Shown here: positions 8,104-16,722 of the stretch, piece by piece | Layout of the letters: each line of letters starts with the position of its first letter | Numbering within the stretch: the first letter of the stretch is position 1 | Made by a program: the position numbers and the translations under genes | Assembly (NCBI GenBank): GCA_041655935.1 | Contig: JBBAEK010000001.1 | Location: 7,067 to 71,066 of the forward strand | Direction: 5' to 3' | Source: Eubacteriales bacterium | Lineage (GTDB): Bacteria > Bacillota > Clostridia > Oscillospirales > CAG-272 | Length of the DNA stretch: 64,000 bases | The notes under the pieces: model-generated | Seen by the model: the letters and a program-made list of their open reading frames with translations, nothing else | What the model was told of the DNA's origin: nothing | Databases searched by the model: none

Positions 8104-8886
8104 CTACTTTGACAGTTGGTCCAGCGAGGCAAAGGTATAGCCCTCCGCCCGGCATCCGGCAATCACCGCCGGCAGGATATTCACATTGGTATCTGAGGTG
8201 GGATGCAGCAGGATAATGGCGCCGGGGTGGATGTGCGCCATGATTTTCTGAGTGGCGCTTTCTTTGTCGGGCTGGTGCTGGCTATCCCAGTCCGCGTAGG
8301 CATAGCTCCAAAAGATGGTCTTGTAGCCCATGTCGTCCGCCCACTGCAGGTTGTCCTCGGAAAACTTGCCCTCGGGCGGGCGATAATACTTTGAAATCTC
8401 CCGCCCCGTCCTCTCGCGGTAAATATCCTCCATAACCCGAAGCTCGGCCGTAAAGTTTTCCTTGCTTGCCCGTGCCATGTTGCGGTGGTTCGCGGTATGG
8501 TTGCAGACCAGGTGCCCCTCGTCGGTCATCCTTTTGATGAGGTCGGTGTTGGCGACAATCAGGTGCTTCAGCACGAAAAAGGCGGCGGGGACTTCTTCTG
8601 CCCGCAAAATATCCAGAATTTTCGCCACATTGCCGTTTTCATATCCGGCATCAAAGGTCAGGTAGATAGTTTTTTTGCCCGGCTCGTTTACGGCATTGGT
8701 GTCTGCATAAAAAGCACGGTGCTTTTCGATGCACTTGAGGTCAGCGCCCAGCGGGGGTCGGGTGTGGTCGCTGGTATGCTTGCAGTACCAGTCAATTTCT
8801 GCCCTCTCCGCCGACACCAACAGCGTGGGCATCAGCAGAGCCAAGCAGAGCCAAGCCAACAGGCTTTTTTGCAAGATTCGTTTCAT
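8104..8886 (-). CDS. polysaccharide deacetylase, PdaA-like (delta-lactam-biosynthetic de-N-acetylase type)
   Basis: Signal peptide, TFDAGYENGN (NodB motif 1, TFDDG-like), CNHTANH (His motif), LLHP. AGGAGGAACGAAC RBS. Confidence 0.7.
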   Translation of the reverse strand: MKRILQKSLLAWLCLALLMPTLLVSAERAEIDWYCKHTSDHTRPPLGADLKCIEKHRAFYADTNAVNEPGKKTIYLTFDAGYENGNVAKILDILRAEEVPAAFFVLKHLIVANTDLIKRMTDEGHLVCNHTANHRNMARASKENFTAELRVMEDIYRERTGREISKYYRPPEGKFSEDNLQWADDMGYKTIFWSYAYADWDSQHQPDKESATQKIMAHIHPGAIILLHPTSDTNVNILPAVIAGCRAEGYTFASLDQLSK

Positions 8887-8965
8887 GTTCGTTCCTCCTG
8901 TCTACAACATTTAGTCTGTCGTGCGGGCAGGAGAATACACAATGAAAATTATGCAAATTGAACCA

Positions 8966-9009
8966 CAGCAAAAACGGCCGGCATTCGACTGCTCGAATAC
9001 CGACCGTTT
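8966..9009 (-). terminator. rho-independent terminator after rpsU
   Basis: A 17-nt-arm hairpin (AAACGGCCGGCATTCGA/TCGAATACCGACCGTTT, two mismatches or wobbles), followed by TTTTTG on the minus strand. Confidence 0.75.
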
Positions 9010-9018
9010 GTATGGTTC

Positions 9019-9195
9019 TTATTTGTACTTGCGTTTTCTGGCGGCTTCCGCCTTTTTCTTGCGCTTGACGCTGGGCTTTTCGTAGTGCTCTCTTCTGCGA
9101 AGCTCGGTTAATACGCCTGATTTGACACAGGAACGCTTGAAGCGACGAAGCGCACTGTCAATCGTTTCGTTTTCCTTGACCCTAATCTCTGCCAT
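9019..9195 (-). CDS. rpsU: 30S ribosomal protein S21
   Basis: Absent from the ORF track because it is under 60 aa. My translation is [58 protein letters not shown], with a GGGAGGCGAAACAG RBS. Confidence 0.9.
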   Translation of the reverse strand: MAEIRVKENETIDSALRRFKRSCVKSGVLTELRRREHYEKPSVKRKKKAEAARKRKYK

Positions 9196-9242
9196 CTGTT
9201 TCGCCTCCCTTCGCTATAGCCTACATTTTGTCTGACTATGTT

Positions 9243-9271
9243 ATTGTACCCGATACTTGGCTATTTGTCAA
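9243..9271 (-). promoter_or_regulatory. sigmaA-type promoter for rpsU
   Basis: TTGACA-17 nt-TACAAT on the minus strand, overlapping the folD stop codon. Confidence 0.6.
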
Positions 9272-10146
9272 GTGCTTTTTTCGTTTTTCTCGGCATCCTG
9301 CGCCGCATGCAGTCCCCTCGCGGCACGCAGGGTGTTTTGCAACAGCATGGTAATGGTCATCGGCCCCACACCGCCGGGCACGGGCGTGATGGCGGCGGCG
9401 CGCGGATTGACCGTGTCGTAGTCCGCGTCTCCGCAGAGCTTGCCCTCGCTGTTGCGGTTCATGCCGACATCAATCACCACCGCGCCCTCTTTGACCATGT
9501 CCCCCCTCAACAGCTTTTCCTTGCCGACAGCGGCCACCAAAATGTCCGCCTGCCGCGTGAGGGCTGCCAGGTCTTTTGTTTTGGAGTGACAAACCGTCAC
9601 GGTGGCATTTCGATGCAGCATCAGCAGAGCCAGCGGCTTGCCCACAATATTGGAGCGCCCGATAATGACACAGTGCTTGCCCGCGATGTCGATGTGGTAT
9701 GCGTCCAGCATTGCCAGAATTCCGGCAGGCGTGCAGGGCAGAAAGGTGGGATTGCCCTGTACCAGCCGGCCGACATTGAACGGGTGTAAAGCGTCCACAT
9801 CCTTGTCGGGAGAGATGGTGTCAATGATACGGCCGGGGTCAATGTGCGCGGGCAGGGGCAGCTGCACTAAGATGCCGTGCACTTCCCTGTCCAGATTCAG
9901 CTCCTTGACCAGCGCGATCAGGGCCGCCTCGGTGGTACTTGCGGGCAGCGCGATGATCGTGGAGCGCATCCCCACTTCCTCGCATGCCCGTCCTTTGTTG
10001 CGGACATAGGTGGCGGAGGCCTGGTCATCACCCACGATGATGACTGTCAGTGCGGGCGCATATCCCCTCTCCCGCACAAAAGAGGCGGTATCGGCAGCAA
10101 TCTGTTGCCGCAGTTGCCCGGAGAGTTGTTTGCCGTCAATGTTCAT
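9268..10146 (-). CDS. folD: bifunctional 5,10-methylene-THF dehydrogenase/cyclohydrolase
   Basis: MNIDGKQLSGQLRQ..., YVRNKGRACEEVG, LVQLPLP, GRSNIVGKP, TPVPGGVGPMT. The ATG at 10146 overlaps the lgt stop (ATGA). Confidence 0.92.
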   Translation of the reverse strand: MNIDGKQLSGQLRQQIAADTASFVRERGYAPALTVIIVGDDQASATYVRNKGRACEEVGMRSTIIALPASTTEAALIALVKELNLDREVHGILVQLPLPAHIDPGRIIDTISPDKDVDALHPFNVGRLVQGNPTFLPCTPAGILAMLDAYHIDIAGKHCVIIGRSNIVGKPLALLMLHRNATVTVCHSKTKDLAALTRQADILVAAVGKEKLLRGDMVKEGAVVIDVGMNRNSEGKLCGDADYDTVNPRAAAITPVPGGVGPMTITMLLQNTLRAARGLHAAQDAEKNEKST

Positions 10147-11057
10147 TTTTTCTTTCCTTTCGCCAGCATTTTCTGCCGTTGCGCGGGTGTCATGTTGATG
10201 GGCTTCATGGCGGCGATTTGCTCCTCCGTGCCGTTTTTCAGCTTGTAGTGACTGTACAGCATGAGGATGGAGCAAAGGACGAAGAACGCCGCCCCGACAA
10301 CCACGGAAATGCGCAGCTCCGTGAAAGGAATGTAGAGGCTGTCGGTGCGCAGGTTTTCAATGAACATACGGCCGAAGCCATACCACGCAAAGCAGAAATA
10401 CACAATAAAGCCGTTATATTTGCGCCGCTTGAAGAGATGGTTTGCCAGCAAAAACCCGACCAGATTCCACAGCGACTCATATAAAAAGGTGGGGTGTACA
10501 TACACCATCTCGGTGGTGCCGAAGGTCAAAAAGGTCAGTCGGTTCTGTAGCCCCATCCGACAAAACAGATCGGTCTGCCCGCCGAACGCCTCACCGTTCA
10601 CGAAGTTGCCCCACCTACCTGCCATTTGCGCAAACAAAATGGCGGGTATGGTGCAGTCGCCAAAGGCAAGGAAAGGCACCCGCTTCTTCCGACACATCAC
10701 ATACACGGCAATGCCGCCGCCAATCAACGCGCCGTAAATCGCCAGTCCGCCCTCCCAGATGGCAAGCATCTGCCAGAAGGTCTGGTAGTTTTCCAGCGTG
10801 GTGAGCACATAGTACACACGTGCGCCGATGATGCCTGCCAGCACAGCCACCGCGCCGATATCCACCACATCATCAAAAACCAGCCCCAGGGATTTGGCGC
10901 GCCAATTGGTATAAAAGAAGCAGAAGATGATGCCCGTCGTAATGATCAGCGCATACCAGACAATCTCCCTGCCGAAAACGGTGAACGCCACCCGATCGAG
11001 CACAAACTCACCGATGCCAAGGCCCGGAAATGAAACTTTTGAAAATTGATCAGACAT
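10143..11057 (-). CDS. lgt: prolipoprotein diacylglyceryl transferase
   Basis: Polytopic; GRWGNFVNGEAFG signature. The start is set at MSDQFSKVSFPGLG (ATG 11057). A basic C-terminal tail is present. Confidence 0.85.
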   Translation of the reverse strand: MSDQFSKVSFPGLGIGEFVLDRVAFTVFGREIVWYALIITTGIIFCFFYTNWRAKSLGLVFDDVVDIGAVAVLAGIIGARVYYVLTTLENYQTFWQMLAIWEGGLAIYGALIGGGIAVYVMCRKKRVPFLAFGDCTIPAILFAQMAGRWGNFVNGEAFGGQTDLFCRMGLQNRLTFLTFGTTEMVYVHPTFLYESLWNLVGFLLANHLFKRRKYNGFIVYFCFAWYGFGRMFIENLRTDSLYIPFTELRISVVVGAAFFVLCSILMLYSHYKLKNGTEEQIAAMKPINMTPAQRQKMLAKGKKK

Positions 11058-11185
11058 ACTGCCACTCCTTCGCTTGTCCTTACACGGCTTCAGTATAGCA
11101 CACCTGCGCGCAAAATGCAATCACCCTCATGAAATCCAAGAACTTTTTTGCCAAGGAATTGGTCTTTGCCCACCCGCACACGACG

Positions 11186-11232
11186 TAAAAATGCGTCTGC
11201 ATAGGGCGGTTTGACCTATCCAGACGCATTTT
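11186..11232 (-). terminator. rho-independent terminator after spoVT
   Basis: AATGCGTCTG...CAGACGCATT with an inner ATAGG/CCTAT pairing, followed by TTTT on the minus strand. Confidence 0.65.
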
Positions 11233-11254
11233 CTGCGCCATCCAAGCGCTCGGT

Positions 11255-11809
11255 TCAGCTTTCGAGCTGTCTGCCCAAAAAGTGGGCGGCGGTCTGCACC
11301 AACTTGACTTCCAAGTCCTCGCTCATTATGACCGTATCCTGTCCATCCACGGGCAACAAGGCACACACGCAGCCGATGAGGTCTCCCTCGGTGATGATGG
11401 GCATAGCAGAGCTGACATAAAAACCGCTGCCCTCAGCGGTGGCATGAACTTTTGCCTCCTCCGTGCGGTGCGTAAAGAGCGAGCGGGACTCGATAATGCC
11501 CTCCAACGCGGCGGAAATGTTTTTATCCAAATAATCTTTTTTCGGCACCCCCGCGCAGGCAATGACCGCATCCCTGTCGGTGATCACCACCGCCATATCG
11601 CAGGTCTTGTACAGCGTTTCCGCATACTGAGCGGCAAAGGAGGCCAGCTCACCGATCGGCGAGTACTTTTTGAAAATAACCTCCCCTTCCCGATCGGTAT
11701 ATATTTCGAGAGGATCGCCCTCACGAATGCGCATGGTTCTCCTGATTTCCTTGGGAATCACGACGCGGCCGAGGTCGTCAATTCTTCTTACAATTCCTGT
11801 AGCTTTCAT
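11255..11809 (-). CDS. spoVT: stage V sporulation protein T (AbrB-family regulator)
   Basis: MKATGIVRRIDDLGRVVIPKEIRRTMRIREGDPLEIY is the SpoVT/AbrB swapped-hairpin N-domain, with a GAF-like C-domain. AAGGAG RBS. Confidence 0.9.
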   Translation of the reverse strand: MKATGIVRRIDDLGRVVIPKEIRRTMRIREGDPLEIYTDREGEVIFKKYSPIGELASFAAQYAETLYKTCDMAVVITDRDAVIACAGVPKKDYLDKNISAALEGIIESRSLFTHRTEEAKVHATAEGSGFYVSSAMPIITEGDLIGCVCALLPVDGQDTVIMSEDLEVKLVQTAAHFLGRQLES

Positions 11810-11958
11810 AAACAAACAACTCCTTGCGAAAGGTTTTCAAGGCTATTATTTGTTTGTTGCTTCAAATTTATCCACGACAGCCGACAGAAATATTGCGCAC
11901 CTCCCCGGACAGTGGTCCCCGGCGGTCTGACCGACGCGCCGGCACTCCCGTGCGCGGC

Positions 11959-13017
11959 TCAGCGCTGCCGGTAGACTTCTGCCAGCTCGTACCGCTCATT
12001 CACAAAAAGCAGATCCGCCACATAGCCGACGGCTATTCTGCCCCGATTTATCCCCAACATTTCAGCCGGTGTTTGGCTTGCCATACGGAACGCATCGGCG
12101 GCGGGAATGCCGAAAGAAATGGCTTTTTGCACACAGTGCAGCAGCGTGGCGGTGCTGCCCGCCAGGTTCCCCGCCGGCACGCGCGCCACCCCCTCTTTGA
12201 GGATGAACTCTTGTCCGCCCATTTGGTAGCTGCCGTCCGGCAACCCGGCGGCACGGATGGCGTCGCTGATGAGAATCATGCGGGAGGGTCCAAAGATACG
12301 GTAGAGAGCCGTGATCATGGCGGGATGGATATGAATGCCGTCACAGATTACCTGCACATAGGCGTTGGCGGTGATGGCGGCGCCGATGAGCGAGGGTTCC
12401 CGGTGCTGCAGGGGCGGCATGGCGTTGCAGGTATGGGTCACGCAGACAGCGCCCGCCCGAAAGGCCGCCAGCCCCTCTTCATACGTGCAGGCGGTGTGTC
12501 CGAGGCAGACCAGGGCGGGACAGGCGGCAATGAAGTCCATGGCACCCGGCAGCTCCGGCGCCACCGTCACCAGGCGGACATGGCGGAGCCGAGAAAATTC
12601 TTTGAGATCGGGATATTTGAGATAATCGGGGTTTTGCGCGCCCTTGTAGGCTTGTGACAGGTACGGCCCCTCCACATGAAAGCCCGGCATCTCCGCCCCG
12701 TCCGCAAGCTTGGGGGGGAGTGCGCTTGTCGCCCGCTCGAGGGCGTCAAAAGAGGCGGTCGTGGTGGTGGGCAGCCAGGTGGTGGTGCCGTTTTGATACA
12801 GAAAACGCGCCGCTTTCGACAGGTCTCCCCCGTCGGTGGCATCCTCGCCGACATGGCCGTGGCAATGAATGTCAATCAGGCCGGGAAAGACGCGCAGTCC
12901 GCCCATATCCCGCCCCGGGGCGTCTGTCCGGCCGATTTCGGCAATCAGGCCGTCCTTGAGGATGAGGTCGGTGAGGGTCTCCCCCACCATCGTATTTTTC
13001 AGTACCGTGACAGCCAT
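11959..13017 (-). CDS. nagA: N-acetylglucosamine-6-phosphate deacetylase
   Basis: Amidohydrolase fold: GLIDIHCHG, HTCNAM, DGIHIHP. Adjacent to the GH20 gene. Confidence 0.8.
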   Translation of the reverse strand: MAVTVLKNTMVGETLTDLILKDGLIAEIGRTDAPGRDMGGLRVFPGLIDIHCHGHVGEDATDGGDLSKAARFLYQNGTTTWLPTTTTASFDALERATSALPPKLADGAEMPGFHVEGPYLSQAYKGAQNPDYLKYPDLKEFSRLRHVRLVTVAPELPGAMDFIAACPALVCLGHTACTYEEGLAAFRAGAVCVTHTCNAMPPLQHREPSLIGAAITANAYVQVICDGIHIHPAMITALYRIFGPSRMILISDAIRAAGLPDGSYQMGGQEFILKEGVARVPAGNLAGSTATLLHCVQKAISFGIPAADAFRMASQTPAEMLGINRGRIAVGYVADLLFVNERYELAEVYRQR

Positions 13018-13110
13018 AGCGCACTCCTTTTCCTCAAACAGAGAGAGGCAGATGGGCGGGCGGCACCTGTCTTTTCCCCTTTTGTCAAGACAAGTCCGCC
13101 CGGCCGGTTG

Positions 13111-14733
13111 CTAAAAAATCAGCATTTGGTTATGCGAGATCACATTAACCGTGGCGTTTTGCGCCCAGCGGTTGAACTGGATGGGCTGCCCCGGCGCCTT
13201 CTGGGTGTTGGCGGGCAGCAGGGTCTCCTCCAGCTCCGGGATGCCCTCGCACGCCCCGTCCAGATACTCGGACAGGCGGGCGCGCGCGCTGCGCAACCGT
13301 TCTTTCAGACCGCCGATGCGTAGCTCCTGCACATCAAACCCGTGCGGCTTGTTTTCGGTGAACCACTGGGTGCGGAACGCCGTGAGGAAGGCTTCCAGCG
13401 CCTCCAGCGCCCGGTCGTAGACGGGGAGCAGGGCGGCAAGCTTCGGTTTTTCCTTTGCCTGGTAGGCCGCCCGGGTGCGCACCCCCAGGTCCGCTTTCAA
13501 TGAAAGGAAGCGGCACAGGCAGGCGGAGGCGCGATACATATAGGCAAACGCGCCGCCCTTGTCCGTGAGGGCGGTAAAATGCCCAGCAAGCCCCTCATAA
13601 AACGCGGCGTCTGTCGGTGAGACGGTGCTGTCGAATATACCGAGTAGCGGATCATTGTAAAACAGGTATTTGGAGGGCGTCTCGATTTTGAAAGGGCCGT
13701 CTCCGGGGCGGTTGGGCAGGTCCAAAGACAGGCAGTCATCGTAGTTTTCCCCGGTCCATGCCGCAAATTTTTCCCGCAGCTCCGCCTCGGTGACATCTGG
13801 ATTTTCCGCCAGCGCGGCAGCGTATGCCAGGGCGGGCAGCACCGCGCATTTCGGGCACTCGTGCCCGTCGTCCCCCCAGATGGTGAGAAAGGCATGCTTG
13901 ACTCCGTTCGAGCGGCAGGCTTCAAAGGCCGCCCTGGTGGTTTCCATGCTGTAGTGGTTATAGGGCGCAAAGCCCATCCATGCCCAAGCGCCCCCCGCAA
14001 ACCAAACGTTGTCCGACATGGCTTGGTTGCGCCGGATTTTCGTCTCGTAGTTGGCGACAGAGGTGCTGTAATAGTCCCAGTAGACCAAGTCCAGACTTTT
14101 CGGCTTGAGTTTTCTGACCAGCTCGATCCCGGCTTCCTCATCGGTGTCGCTGATCAGCTTGAAAAACATATCGTGCCACATCATGGGGGTAAAGCCGTAC
14201 CGCTCGCAGATCTCGCAAACGCGGCTCAGGTGTCGGAGCATCAGCGTGAGACGGTCGGTGTGACCGTGCAGCTTTCTGTACTTGCCCAGCCCCAGCATGA
14301 ATGCCTCGTCCATGCCGATATGCACGCGTCTGGACGTGTAGCACTCGGCCAGCGAGGCGATCATATGGTCGATCAGCTCGTAGGTGCGCTCCTCCTCCAC
14401 CAGCAAAATATCGTGGCAGTCAAAGATGGCGCGGTAGGGATCCCAGCGGACCAGGCCGTTCAGGTGCGCCAGCGTTTGGATGCACGGGATCAGCTCGATT
14501 CCCCGTTGGCGGCAGTGCGCATCCATCTCTCGGATTTCTGCCTGAGAATATCTGCCCCTTAAATAGCCAAAATAGGGCTCCTTCGGCACTTCATAGGTGT
14601 CCTCTGTGTACAGTTGCAGGCTGTTGTACCCCATGTTCGCCAGTTTGTCAATGAAATCTTTCAGTGCGCTTGGCTTCATGACTGCATTGCGGGAGCAGTC
14701 GATCATCACGCCCAGCGTTTCAAATTGTCCCAT
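13111..14733 (-). CDS. GH20-family beta-N-acetylhexosaminidase (cytoplasmic, no signal peptide)
   Basis: GVMIDCSRNAV, HIGMDEA (H-x-G-x-D-E catalytic pair), 540 aa. Confidence 0.75.
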   Translation of the reverse strand: MGQFETLGVMIDCSRNAVMKPSALKDFIDKLANMGYNSLQLYTEDTYEVPKEPYFGYLRGRYSQAEIREMDAHCRQRGIELIPCIQTLAHLNGLVRWDPYRAIFDCHDILLVEEERTYELIDHMIASLAECYTSRRVHIGMDEAFMLGLGKYRKLHGHTDRLTLMLRHLSRVCEICERYGFTPMMWHDMFFKLISDTDEEAGIELVRKLKPKSLDLVYWDYYSTSVANYETKIRRNQAMSDNVWFAGGAWAWMGFAPYNHYSMETTRAAFEACRSNGVKHAFLTIWGDDGHECPKCAVLPALAYAAALAENPDVTEAELREKFAAWTGENYDDCLSLDLPNRPGDGPFKIETPSKYLFYNDPLLGIFDSTVSPTDAAFYEGLAGHFTALTDKGGAFAYMYRASACLCRFLSLKADLGVRTRAAYQAKEKPKLAALLPVYDRALEALEAFLTAFRTQWFTENKPHGFDVQELRIGGLKERLRSARARLSEYLDGACEGIPELEETLLPANTQKAPGQPIQFNRWAQNATVNVISHNQMLIF

Positions 14734-14778
14734 GTTTGCCCCGCCTTCTTGGATGGATTTGGTTGGCTTGACCGCTGC

Positions 14779-14904
14779 TTACTGCAGGATATAGTACAGT
14801 GCGGCCGACAGTGTGCCCAGCAGCATCAGCAAGGCTAAGATGAGCGCCCCCAAACGAAATAGGCTATTTTTTGCTTCCGCCGTCGGTTTTTTCTTTTGCG
14901 CCAT
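14779..14904 (-). CDS. 41-aa single-pass membrane peptide, unknown function
   Basis: Not in the ORF track. My translation is MAQKKKPTAEAKNSLFRLGALILALLMLLGTLSAALYYILQ. AGGAGAAAGATT RBS; the start lies 15 nt after the MreB-like stop. Confidence 0.5.
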   Translation of the reverse strand: MAQKKKPTAEAKNSLFRLGALILALLMLLGTLSAALYYILQ

Positions 14905-14919
14905 AATCTTTCTCCTGTT

Positions 14920-15936
14920 TCATGTAAAATTTTCAATATAGTATTTTGAAATATTCCGCAACCTTGTCGGCAACTGTTCGGGCAGCCAGCGCAAAATGTT
15001 GGCGAGCCCCGCCGCCGCGCTTTCCATCGGGTTGTTCATGCAACGGGTGCGCACACCGCTGATGCCCTCGATCATCTTCTCCATACCCGACAGTTGCGCC
15101 GTGCCCCCGCACAGCAGAATGCCGTTTTCAAAAACCCCTGCCACATATTCCAGCGGAATTTTGGACACGGCAATGCAGATGGCCTCTAAAATCGCCCCCA
15201 TCGGTTCTTCCAATGCCTCAAACATGTCGTCCGAGGTGATTCTGACCGACCGCGGCGCCCCTGTCTGCAGGTCCCGTCCCCGCACGTCCTTGCCTCGTTC
15301 CGGTCCCTCGTTCCAGACGGCGCCGATTTCCATCTTAAGCTGCTCTGCGGTGCGCAGGCTGATCTGCAACTGAAACTTGCGGCTGATATAGTCGACAATG
15401 GCGGCGTCAAAGCGCTCCCCTGCCGTATCAATGGCGCGTGTGTAGAGGATATTACCACCGAACAAAAGCAGGAGGCTGGTCTTGGCGGCGCCCATATCTA
15501 CGAGAAGGCAGTCAGCGCAAGGGGCGTCATAGCTGCCCGCCATCGCCGCCAGAGGGGCGTACACCAAGCGACAATCCTTGACCCCCGCCCGCAATGCCAG
15601 CTCCACCAGCGCGATTTCCTCAATGTCGGTCATGTCACACGGCACATTGACCAGCAGGCTGCAGCCTTGCGCATCTCTGCCGAAAGTGGCTTTGAGACAG
15701 GAACTCATCACATGAAAGGTGATGTCGCAGTTGGCGGTCAGCCCATTTTTGAACGGTCTCATGAGCACCATGCCCGGTGTATCCAGCCGCGCCTGCGCAT
15801 CCGCGCCCACGCCCACCACCACGCCCGTTTTGCGATTGATCGCAATCACGGACGGCTCCCGCATGACAATCCCCTCCCCGGGCAAAGAGGCATAGAGATT
15901 GGCAGTCCCTAAGTCTATCCCAAATTTGTTCCCCAT
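14920..15936 (-). CDS. divergent MreB/Mbl-like actin-fold (ASKHA) ATPase
   Basis: MGNKFGIDLGTANLY (phosphate-1), LVDMGAAKT (degenerate phosphate-2), GILLCGGTAQLSG (adenosine motif), 338 aa from ATG 15936 with an AAAGGA RBS. The reading frame stays open upstream to GTG 16278 through the 36-bp repeats, so the start is ambiguous. Confidence 0.7.
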   Translation of the reverse strand: MGNKFGIDLGTANLYASLPGEGIVMREPSVIAINRKTGVVVGVGADAQARLDTPGMVLMRPFKNGLTANCDITFHVMSSCLKATFGRDAQGCSLLVNVPCDMTDIEEIALVELALRAGVKDCRLVYAPLAAMAGSYDAPCADCLLVDMGAAKTSLLLLFGGNILYTRAIDTAGERFDAAIVDYISRKFQLQISLRTAEQLKMEIGAVWNEGPERGKDVRGRDLQTGAPRSVRITSDDMFEALEEPMGAILEAICIAVSKIPLEYVAGVFENGILLCGGTAQLSGMEKMIEGISGVRTRCMNNPMESAAAGLANILRWLPEQLPTRLRNISKYYIENFT

Positions 15937-15997
15937 TGATTGTTGTCCTTTGCTTTGTCCGCACCCGATAGCCGGAAAGCCCGTCCGCCCGCTTGCC

Positions 15998-16249
15998 GAG
16001 TAGCCATCCATCAACAAGTCCACGGCACTTGGTGAGTAGCCATCCATCAACAAGCCCACGGCACTTGGTGAGTAGCCATCCATCAACAAGCCCACGGCAC
16101 TTGGTGAGTAGCCATCCATCAACAAGCCCACGGCACTTGGTGAGTAGCCGTCCACCAACAAGCCCACGGCACTTGGTGAGTAGCCATCCACCAACAAGCC
16201 CACGGCACTTGGTGAGTAGCCATCCATCAACAAGCCCACGGCACTTGGT
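15998..16249. repeat. 36-bp head-to-tail tandem repeat, 7 near-identical copies (degenerate copies flank it, about 15965-16285)
   Basis: The unit is GAGTAGCCATCCATCAACAAGCCCACGGCACTTGGT. Copies start at 15998, 16034, 16070, 16106, 16142, 16178 and 16214, with 0-2 substitutions each. All six frames are open. The MreB frame reads DGYSPSAVGLL(M/V). Confidence 0.95.
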
Positions 16250-16357
16250 GAGTAGCCGTCCACCAAAAAACATCGCACTTGGCGGTGGCTATCCCCTCAG
16301 CGGCCCTGTCTGCCTCATTCACAAGTCTCTACCCAGGTGCAGCACATATTTTGCTAT

Positions 16358-16386
16358 AGTATACACGATAAATTCGATAATTGCAA
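16358..16386 (-). promoter_or_regulatory. sigmaA-type promoter upstream of the repeat array and MreB-like gene
   Basis: TTGCAA-17 nt-TATACT on the minus strand, about 75 nt upstream of GTG 16278. Confidence 0.55.
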
Positions 16387-16722
16387 GTCCGCTTTTGTAC
16401 TTCTTACACCACTGTTGTCTGTATTGCTTTGCACGACTGACCGTTCGGTCGCTTGCACTTTTCAAACTTCTGAGTGTCCGTATGCCGTCAGTTGCCTGTC
16501 CGTCCAGTCGTTGCACTTCTTGCAGCACTGTTACCTGTATGCTGTGCGCGCCTGTCTATGCGCTCACCTTCGGCCTCGCTTTTGTTTTTTTCAAAAAAAC
16601 CTGTGTCAATGATGGCAGGAACAAAAAGGTTTTTCCTGCATGACTTTCAGATGGTTCTTTGATGAATCCTATCCCCGGTGCAGCCATTCACAGCACGGTT
16701 TTCGGAAGGTTCTTTTGGTTCT

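Noticed and set aside
15998-16249. Could the 36-bp repeats be a CRISPR array?
   Set aside because: The copies are contiguous head to tail with no spacers. There are no cas genes in the window and no leader-like AT-rich flank. This is a tandem (minisatellite-type) repeat.
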